DNA of 64,000 nucleotides from an uncultured Gammaproteobacteria bacterium (GTDB lineage: Bacteria > Cyanobacteriota > Vampirovibrionia > Gastranaerophilales > CAJFVJ01), in assembly GCA_964444415.1 (NCBI GenBank), contig CAYUHE010000003.1, positions 26,296-90,295 on the forward strand. Reading direction: 5' to 3'. How positions within the stretch are numbered: the stretch's first letter is position 1; each line of letters starts with the position of its first letter. The position numbers and the translations under genes are program-made. Below the pieces are notes generated by a model. It saw only the letters and a list, made by a program, of their open reading frames with translations, was not told the origin of the DNA and ran no database searches. Below are positions 57,193-64,000 of the stretch, in pieces.

Positions 57193-58044
57193 ATGACATA
57201 TACGATTAAAGACTATAAAAGTTCTACAAAACCTTCTTGGTGCCCAGGTTGTGGCGATTTTGCAGTTTTGACAGCATTATTGAGCACTATGAGTGATCTT
57301 CAGCTTGATCCTGATGAAACTACAATCGTGTCAGGGATTGGTTGTTCAAGCAGATTTCCATTTTTTACAAGTACTTATGGTTTTCACTCTATTCATGGAA
57401 GGGCTTTACCTGTGGCAATCGGGCTAAACGCATCAAATCCCGGGCATAATGTCATAACTGTAGGCGGAGATGGCGATGGTTTTAGCATCGGAGGAAATCA
57501 CTTTATCCACGCAGCAAGAAAAAATCCAGATATCACTTATATAGTAATGGATAATGAGATATATGCTTTGACTAAAGGGCAAAATTCGCCGACATCGCAT
57601 GATACTGTAATTACCAAAGTAAACCCTTATCAGGCTGTCGAGGAGCGGATTAACCCGATTATGATGGCATTGTCATTTGAGACATCTTTTGTTGCAAGAG
57701 GTTTTTCTGGAGATATGGCTCAGCTCAAAGATATTATTCGTCAAGCTATGGATCATAAAGGCTTTTCTTTTGTACACGTGCTTTCTCCGTGTATTCAGTA
57801 TAACAATCAAATAACTTTTGAAACTATTAAAGAACATGTTCAACATGTTCCTGAAGACCATGATGTGACTGATAGAATTTCTGGAATGAAATTGGTTTTC
57901 GAGCAAGGGACTTATTATACCGGCGTTATTTATAAACAAGAACGCCCTACCCTTGAAGAAAAACTTGATGAAGTCAAATTAAAATCAAATAAAAAAGATT
58001 CAGAAGAAGAACAAATTCAAGAATTTATTAAACAATTTATGTAA
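57193..58044 (+). CDS. 2-oxoacid:ferredoxin oxidoreductase beta subunit (KorB type)
   Basis: WCPGCGDF and GGDGDG...N TPP motif. Confidence 0.85.
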   Translation: MTYTIKDYKSSTKPSWCPGCGDFAVLTALLSTMSDLQLDPDETTIVSGIGCSSRFPFFTSTYGFHSIHGRALPVAIGLNASNPGHNVITVGGDGDGFSIGGNHFIHAARKNPDITYIVMDNEIYALTKGQNSPTSHDTVITKVNPYQAVEERINPIMMALSFETSFVARGFSGDMAQLKDIIRQAMDHKGFSFVHVLSPCIQYNNQITFETIKEHVQHVPEDHDVTDRISGMKLVFEQGTYYTGVIYKQERPTLEEKLDEVKLKSNKKDSEEEQIQEFIKQFM

Positions 58045-58074
58045 ATTATAAATATTTGAATTATCGGATATAAA

Positions 58075-58125
58075 TAAAAAAAAGGCACACTTCAGATGTG
58101 GGTCTGAAATATGCCTATAATTTTT
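58075..58125. terminator. Bidirectional terminator
   Basis: A-run, then AGGCA-cac-TTCAGA-tgtggg-TCTGAA-ata-TGCCT, then ATAATTTTT. Confidence 0.55.
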
Positions 58126-58185
58126 CACAAAATTTTAGGAACATTGTTATATCTAGGTTAAAAATTCTTTATTAAAATTTTCTTA

Positions 58186-58560
58186 TTATGGATTTACTTT
58201 TGCCTTTGGAGTTATTTGGGAAGTGCGTTTTCCTTTTAAGAATTTGAATGCTAATGCAGCTAAAACCACTCCGCCAATTACTTTTATGGCAGTTGGAACG
58301 CTTTCCAAGAATGATTTGCCGTGAGTTTTTAGAGGAGGAGTATTTGTTGGACGAGAGAATGAATAATTATCGTATGGCAAACCAGCCATACCGCCTGGAA
58401 ACATTGGCATACCATAGCCACCATAAGGGACTTGAGCCAAAGAATTACCGAGAACAGGGCTCATCCCCATTCCCATTGTCGGAGAATACATTAAATTGAT
58501 GTTTGGCGAACTTGAGCCATAACCTGGAGGAAGTAATGTTCCATTAATTGAATCCCACAT
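58186..58560 (-). CDS. Hypothetical tail-anchored membrane protein with a Gly/Met/Pro-rich low-complexity N-terminal region
   Basis: GYGMPMFPGGMAGLPY-type low complexity followed by one C-terminal TM segment (AIKVIGGVVLAALAFKFL). Confidence 0.5.
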   Translation of the reverse strand: MWDSINGTLLPPGYGSSSPNINLMYSPTMGMGMSPVLGNSLAQVPYGGYGMPMFPGGMAGLPYDNYSFSRPTNTPPLKTHGKSFLESVPTAIKVIGGVVLAALAFKFLKGKRTSQITPKAKVNP

Positions 58561-58716
58561 AACACATAACCTTTTTAATAACTAACCTTACTTATATAAA
58601 AACAATCAGCATGAAAATCATGACAAATATTGTTTTTCTTCGTTAATATTTGTTAACAAATGACGGTTACTTATAATATTGTTATATGCTAAAATATCTG
58701 TACTAAGGGGAGATGG

Positions 58717-59469
58717 ATGAACAAGTTCACCACAGATGCGATTACGCTCAAATCCTATAATTTGAGTGAATCTGACAAAATAATTGTGATGTATTCAAAA
58801 GACAAAGGGCTTTTGCGTTGCGTGGCAAAAGGTGTCAAAAAACCTTCTTGCAAACTTGGCAGTTGTTTTGACAGTCTTATTGCATCACAGGTTTTGATTG
58901 CAAAAGGCAAAAAGCTCGATACTATCTCTCAAGCACAAGGCATAAATTCTTTTAGTGCCTTGCGTAAGGACTTTTCAAAACTTAGTTATGCAATGTATTG
59001 CGCTGACATTATCAATGCTTTTTCGTTGGAAGATGATATAGGTTCGAGCGAAATTTATGAACTTTTTTACAATTCTTTAGCGGCGATTGCGAGCAGTAAG
59101 GACAAGCTCAATACTGTGCTTTGCGTTACAAAATTCCAGATGAATATGATGGAACTTTTGGGCTATGGTCTAGAACTTGATAATTGCATCAAATGCCTTT
59201 GTCCTGCAGGTCAAAGCGTTGTTTTTTCTAAAGACGCAGGCGGAATTCTTTGCCCGAATTGCGCAGGAGAATACGGTAATAAAATCAGCGCAAAACTCAT
59301 TAGTTTTCTCAAAAAAATCTCAGGAGCGAGCTTGGAGAATAAATATTTTGTAGATGAACCGCTCAATAATGAATTGACCATAATGTACTGCTTCAATTTG
59401 ATGAAGGATTATGTTCAGATGCGTTCGCCGAAGAAGCTTAAGGCACAAGAGATTTTGGGGATAGTTTAG
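58717..59469 (+). CDS. recO: DNA repair protein RecO
   Basis: OB-fold N-terminus (AITLKSYNLSESDKIIVMYSKDKG) and C-terminal zinc motif CIKC...CPNC. Confidence 0.85.
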   Translation: MNKFTTDAITLKSYNLSESDKIIVMYSKDKGLLRCVAKGVKKPSCKLGSCFDSLIASQVLIAKGKKLDTISQAQGINSFSALRKDFSKLSYAMYCADIINAFSLEDDIGSSEIYELFYNSLAAIASSKDKLNTVLCVTKFQMNMMELLGYGLELDNCIKCLCPAGQSVVFSKDAGGILCPNCAGEYGNKISAKLISFLKKISGASLENKYFVDEPLNNELTIMYCFNLMKDYVQMRSPKKLKAQEILGIV

Positions 59470-60194
59470 AAGTAAATATTAAAATGCCCTTTTTCGTTTT
59501 CTTTTATTTGATTTTTGAATTTTTCAACAGATTGAATTTTTGATATGTCTTCTATTGAACCTATTTTGAAAATAAATGGATGATTATGATTTTTAGCCCT
59601 AACGCCTAATCGCCATTCTTGTTGATGTTTATATAATAGACTCTTTCTGAAAGGACCTATTTCTCCTTGATAAGTATTGAAGTCAATATATTCAACTTTA
59701 TTTCCTTGCCAATACTCCGCTAAATTTTTTTCAAAAATTTCTCTTAGGGCTTTTTCTATACGTTCTATAAATATTTTTTGATTGTAAATAATCAATAAGG
59801 TATCCCCAAAATCTGTAACTTTATCGTCAAAAATTTTAAAATCCTCTCTAATTTCATCACCTTTGGAAATACAAGAGATGCAAAAGCCATGAGTTAAAAA
59901 AGGGTTGTTCATAAATGGGGCGTTTATCGTTAAATTGATGAGGCCATTTTCTTTTGTTAATTTGTAATTATCTATCATTACTTCACTTTTGTCCGCCTGA
60001 AATAAATAATTTATATTTTCGTTAGAATCTCCTATTTCCTTGTCTTCACATTCTCTGAAATAGTCAAAGGTATTCATATAGATAAGACCTTCTTTTTGAA
60101 GTTGTTCTATATGTTCTTTTTGACCAAATTTGATAAATAACATTAAATGCTCTTTCTTGGTAATTCTATTTCCATAATTATACATTAAATTCAA
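59466..60194 (-). CDS. Hypothetical protein, DUF2971-like (start uncertain: TTG 60194, ATG 60185 or ATG 60143)
   Basis: The N-terminal pattern LFIKFGQKEHIEQLQKEGLIYMNTFDYFRECED and the C-terminal YKHQQEWRL resemble DUF2971 from memory. Confidence 0.45.
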   Translation of the reverse strand: MNLMYNYGNRITKKEHLMLFIKFGQKEHIEQLQKEGLIYMNTFDYFRECEDKEIGDSNENINYLFQADKSEVMIDNYKLTKENGLINLTINAPFMNNPFLTHGFCISCISKGDEIREDFKIFDDKVTDFGDTLLIIYNQKIFIERIEKALREIFEKNLAEYWQGNKVEYIDFNTYQGEIGPFRKSLLYKHQQEWRLGVRAKNHNHPFIFKIGSIEDISKIQSVEKFKNQIKENEKGHFNIYF

Positions 60195-60287
60195 AATGGT
60201 AATAATTCCTACAAATTTTTCATAAATATCTTGATTTTTGTTTTTGATATATACTAAAAGAGTAAAAATAAAAAAAGGAAGTAAAGA

Positions 60288-62429
60288 ATGAAAGAAGCAA
60301 AAACTTATTCGCTAATGATTGGCGAAAAGGAAGTAACACTCGAGGCAGGGAAGTATGCACAGAGTGCATCAGGAAGTATTTTAATGCGTTCAGGTGACAC
60401 AGTAATGTTAGTAACAGCTACTGTTGCTGAACAACCAAGAGAAGGAATAGATTTCTTCCCTTTATTGATTGATTATGAAGAAAAAATGTCATCCATAGGT
60501 AAAATCCCTGGTGGATTCAACAGAAAAGAAGGTCGTGCATCTGATAAGGCAATCTTGGTTTCAAGACTTATCGACAGACCAATCAGACCTCTTTTCCCTA
60601 AAGGATACAGAAATGATATACAAGTAGTAGTTCAACTTTTGAGTTCAGATGAATCAACTCAACCTGATACATTGGCTGTATTTGGTGCTTCAGCAGCAGT
60701 TATGTTGACTCAAGCTCCATTTGACGGGCCTATCGGCTGTGTTCGTGTAAGCCGTATTGATGGTCAAATGATTGTCAATCCAACTTATGAACAAACTGAA
60801 GAATCTGATTTGGATATCGTAATTGCAGGAACAGAAGATTCTGTAATTATGGTTGAAGCTGGGTGTGAATTCGTAACAGAAGACGATATTATGGCTGCTG
60901 TTGAATTTGCTCAAGTTGAAATCAAAAAACAAGTTTTGGCTCAAATTGAATTTGCAAACCAAATGGGCGTTCAAAGACCGGAATTTGTTAACCCTGATGA
61001 TACATCAGCTCTTGCTGAGCTTATCAAAGCAACTGCTTATGACAAAGTTTCAGAAGCTTATCACGATTTTGACAGAGAAGCTAGAAAAGCAAAATTGTCT
61101 GAAGCTAAAACAGCTGTAAAAGAAGCTATAGAAGCTCTTAATGACGAATCTGAAATCAAACAACTTCTTGCTGGATCAAAAATTGATTACTTAGGAGAAG
61201 AATTCAAATCTCTTGAGAAAAAAATCATGAGAAAAATGATTGTAGAAGAAGGCGTTCGTGCCGATGGTCGTAAAACTACTGAAGTTAGACCTATCTGGAC
61301 AGAAGTTGGTATTTTGCCAAGAGTTCACGGTTCAGCTGTTTTCACCAGAGGACAAACTCAAGGATTATCAGTTGTAACTTTGGCTGGTCCAGCAATGGCA
61401 CAAGATCTTGACGGCGTTTCGCCTCAGAAAAAAAGAAGCTTTATGCACTCATATTCATTCCCAGCTTTTTCAGTTGGCGAAGTTCGTCCTAATCGTGGAC
61501 CTGGTCGTCGTGAAATTGGTCACGGAGCTTTGGCTGAACGTGCTAATATAGCAGCTCTTCCAGTTAAAGAAGATTTTGGATACACAATCAGAGTGACATC
61601 TGATATATTGGAATCAAACGGTTCAACTTCTATGGCAGCTACTTGCGGAACTTCAATGGCTCTTATGAATGCAGGCGTTCCTGTAAAATGCATGATTGGC
61701 GGAGTTGCAATGGGTCTTATCAAAGAAGGCGATACAGATGTTGTCTTGACTGATATTCAAGGAATTGAAGATTTCTTAGGAGATATGGACTTTAAAGTTG
61801 CAGGTAGTGAAAATGGCATTACAGCCCTTCAAATGGATATGAAACTCAAAGGTATTTCAAATGAAACACTTAGACGTGCTCTTGCTCAAGGTGCTGAAGG
61901 TAAACTTCATATCTTGAACAAAATGAAGGAAACTATTTCTGCTCCTTCTGAAGAAATGTCTCCATATGCACCAAGAATCTACACATTGCAAATTGCCAAT
62001 GAAGATATCGGTCCTGTAATTGGACCTGGCGGTAAAAACATCAAAGCTATCATTGAAGCTTCAGGTGCTGAAATTAACATCGAAGATTCAGGTATTGTTA
62101 CTATCACAAGTAACAATGGTGAAGGCGCAAAAATCGCTATCAATATGATTAAAGGCATCACTATGAAGCCTGAACCTAATATGGTTTTGAAAGGTAAAGT
62201 CGTAAGAATCTTGCCTATCGGAGCTATCGTTGAGTTTGGACCGAATAAAGATGGTATGGTTCATATTTCTCAAATCGCACAAGACAGAGTCAACAACGTT
62301 GAAGATTTCTTAGAATTAGGACAAGAAGTATTTGTCAAAGTTCTAAAAATCGATGAAAGAGGACGTGTGAACTTGTCTATCAGAGCGGTTACCCCAGAGG
62401 ATATTGAACAAGCAAACGCAGCAGAATAA
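60288..62429 (+). CDS. pnp: Polyribonucleotide nucleotidyltransferase (PNPase)
   Basis: Two RNase PH domains, KH and S1 domains. 713 aa. Confidence 0.97.
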   Translation: MKEAKTYSLMIGEKEVTLEAGKYAQSASGSILMRSGDTVMLVTATVAEQPREGIDFFPLLIDYEEKMSSIGKIPGGFNRKEGRASDKAILVSRLIDRPIRPLFPKGYRNDIQVVVQLLSSDESTQPDTLAVFGASAAVMLTQAPFDGPIGCVRVSRIDGQMIVNPTYEQTEESDLDIVIAGTEDSVIMVEAGCEFVTEDDIMAAVEFAQVEIKKQVLAQIEFANQMGVQRPEFVNPDDTSALAELIKATAYDKVSEAYHDFDREARKAKLSEAKTAVKEAIEALNDESEIKQLLAGSKIDYLGEEFKSLEKKIMRKMIVEEGVRADGRKTTEVRPIWTEVGILPRVHGSAVFTRGQTQGLSVVTLAGPAMAQDLDGVSPQKKRSFMHSYSFPAFSVGEVRPNRGPGRREIGHGALAERANIAALPVKEDFGYTIRVTSDILESNGSTSMAATCGTSMALMNAGVPVKCMIGGVAMGLIKEGDTDVVLTDIQGIEDFLGDMDFKVAGSENGITALQMDMKLKGISNETLRRALAQGAEGKLHILNKMKETISAPSEEMSPYAPRIYTLQIANEDIGPVIGPGGKNIKAIIEASGAEINIEDSGIVTITSNNGEGAKIAINMIKGITMKPEPNMVLKGKVVRILPIGAIVEFGPNKDGMVHISQIAQDRVNNVEDFLELGQEVFVKVLKIDERGRVNLSIRAVTPEDIEQANAAE

Positions 62430-62448
62430 TTCTGTAAAAAGAATAAGT

Positions 62449-62486
62449 AAAAAGCCTCAAGTTTTTCAGATTTGGGGCTTTTTTAT
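62449..62486 (+). terminator. pnp intrinsic terminator
   Basis: AAGCCTCAA-gtttttcagat-TTGGGGCTT followed by TTTTTAT. Confidence 0.7.
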
Positions 62487-62535
62487 TGTCAAAAATAGGA
62501 TTGTAACAATAGCTTTACAAAACCCTTCAAAAACC

Positions 62536-62562
62536 TAAAGATAACTTAAAAACTGCCGATAA
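62536..62562 (+). promoter_or_regulatory. Sigma-28 (FliA)-type promoter
   Basis: TAAA (62536-62539), exactly 15 nt, then GCCGATAA (62555-62562). It lies 43 nt upstream of ATG 62605. Confidence 0.55.
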
Positions 62563-62604
62563 AACTATTATCAAATGTGTAGGTAACGTCGTTGGAGTAG
62601 TCAA

Positions 62605-62916
62605 ATGTCAGGCAGCTTTAATTTATCACCAAATAATGATCCAAGTTTTAACTTAAGGAAATCACCAACTCCTCAAGTGAAAAAAGCTGCGGAACAAATT
62701 CAGCCTAAAGCTGAACAAGCTCCAAGAGGCCTAAATCCTTTTGATTTGGATTTAGAAAATTTATTTACTTTCAAAAGACCAGAGATTGTTTATAACAAAG
62801 TTATGAAAAGTCCTGAAATGCTCGGGTTTTTGAAAGCACAAAAAGTGGCTGGGAAATTTTTAGATTTAACAAAGCCTGACCATGAAGTAGGCAAAAGATT
62901 AAACTTTGAAATTTAG
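62605..62916 (+). CDS. Hypothetical protein (103 aa)
   Basis: GGAG lies 7 nt before the ATG. The gene has its own terminator. I recognised no motif. Confidence 0.55.
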   Translation: MSGSFNLSPNNDPSFNLRKSPTPQVKKAAEQIQPKAEQAPRGLNPFDLDLENLFTFKRPEIVYNKVMKSPEMLGFLKAQKVAGKFLDLTKPDHEVGKRLNFEI

Positions 62917-62933
62917 GTTAGATATTAAAATTC

Positions 62934-62963
62934 AAAAGAGATGAGAAATCGTCTCTTTTTTTT
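62934..62963 (+). terminator. Intrinsic terminator of the 103-aa gene
   Basis: AAGAGATG-agaaat-CGTCTCTT followed by T8. Confidence 0.65.
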
Positions 62964-63059
62964 ATTGCTGATTCTAAATATTTTTGTATATTAATTTGGC
63001 AATTTTTTGTTTGCGTCAACTTTAAATATTTAACATGTTAGCTAATTCGGTTGTGTTAA

Positions 63060-64000
63060 ATGACATTTAATATTTCGATAGATTCAAATAATTATAGTCG
63101 CAATCACAGATTTAAAAATTCTTTCGGTAATTCTGTGGGCGCTATGTCTTCGCAGCCTGCTAATGATATAGTTGAAGCTGTTTCTTACCCAAAGGGTAAA
63201 AAAGAATCTTTTCTGTCAAAACATTGGGGTAAAATGCTTATCGGTGCAGGGGGCTTGGCTGCAGTTATACTTCTTTTCGGAAAAAATAGAAATATATGGT
63301 CAAGAGGAGTGAAAAATCATATCAAAGATAATAATATTGGGTTTTTTCAGGAAAAATTTAAACAGATTTTCAGACGTAATTTTTCAAAGGAAAATTCTGA
63401 ACAAATGTTGCAAAAATACAAAGAAATTTATCAAATAGAGGATAAGAACGAATTTATTGTAAAGGCTTTTAAGCAAGTTAAAAAAGATTATGGATATGAA
63501 ACTCTCGATTTGGAACTGAAAACTCATGATTCACCAGCCCAAGTGGGTACTACAAAGGCTTCTGGGGCATATTATCCTGATTTTATATTTATTTCGTCCA
63601 ATTCTGAGAAAGAAAATATATTGGGGCGTTTGGCGCATGAATTTAATCATATTAGGCAAGATGAATATGTTTATAGGCTAGGGCATGATATTTGGGTTGA
63701 TGCTACTATGCAAAAATCGATTTTGAGAACTTCTGAGCTTGAAGGCACTTCGAGCCTTTCCACTAGACGTTTAAATGATCTCAAGATAGAGGTTAACAGG
63801 CTTGCAGGGTATATGAAAAATCGTTTTGGTTATTGGCCTCAGTTTAAAGAAGGCACACCTGAATATATTCAGGCTGAAAAATATCTTGAAGAAAAAAAAC
63901 TTAATTCGCCCTATGTTACAGACTCTTATAAAAACAATTTGCTTGAGCAAGAAAGCGTATCTGTAGGGAACTTGATGAGGGAAGTGGCAGAAAATATCAA
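63060..64000 (+). CDS. Hypothetical membrane-anchored HExxH protein, 3' end beyond the window
   Basis: Translated by hand: open from ATG 63060 to the window edge, so it is absent from the ORF track for lack of a stop. One TM segment (MLIGAGGLAAVILLF). The motif LAHEFNHIRQDE lies at about 63640-63675. Confidence 0.55.
   Translation, partial: MTFNISIDSNNYSRNHRFKNSFGNSVGAMSSQPANDIVEAVSYPKGKKESFLSKHWGKMLIGAGGLAAVILLFGKNRNIWSRGVKNHIKDNNIGFFQEKFKQIFRRNFSKENSEQMLQKYKEIYQIEDKNEFIVKAFKQVKKDYGYETLDLELKTHDSPAQVGTTKASGAYYPDFIFISSNSEKENILGRLAHEFNHIRQDEYVYRLGHDIWVDATMQKSILRTSELEGTSSLSTRRLNDLKIEVNRLAGYMKNRFGYWPQFKEGTPEYIQAEKYLEEKKLNSPYVTDSYKNNLLEQESVSVGNLMREVAENI

Overview
This is an AT-rich, gene-dense window from a diderm bacterium. 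Evidence for a diderm envelope is Kdo transferase WaaA, an AMIN-domain amidase and a NodT/TolC-type outer-membrane factor. About 60 CDS and one tRNA can be supported. I found no rRNA, CRISPR array, transposase or integrase.

Housekeeping blocks:
- metK
- amidase-murI
- waaA
- murF-mraY-murD-ftsW-murG
- aroC-aroK-aroB
- a TolC/HlyD/double-ATPase/2x ABC-2 permease exporter (YbhGFSR-like)
- a four-gene synthase/dehydratase/dehydrogenase operon of the LeuA/LeuCD/LeuB superfamilies, of ambiguous function
- ruvB
- aroF-tyrA
- two different 2-oxoacid:ferredoxin oxidoreductase loci
- a seven-gene F-ATPase operon (a, c, b', b, delta, alpha, gamma) with no beta or epsilon. This cyanobacterial/plastid-type split suggests, by inference only, a non-photosynthetic relative of Cyanobacteria (Melainabacteria-like).
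- uvrA, recO, pnp

Non-core material sits in a few pockets:
1. A 1.2-kb relic downstream of tRNA-Arg(CCT), bounded by an exact 18-nt repeat of the tRNA 3' end.
2. A paralogous pair of modular repeat proteins behind a promoter with an embedded GC-rich palindrome.
3. A structured repeat family of about 120-bp period. One copy lies inside an oxidoreductase operon and one in a 640-bp gene-free gap. The two copies carry compensatory stem changes.
4. Solitary candidate defence genes: an AbiU2-like HEPN protein and a DUF2971-like protein.
5. Flagellar-regulon hints: a FlgM-like/TPR/CxxCxxCC operon and a textbook sigma-28 promoter in front of an orphan ORF.

All family assignments rest on reading motifs in the translations. 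No database search was run.
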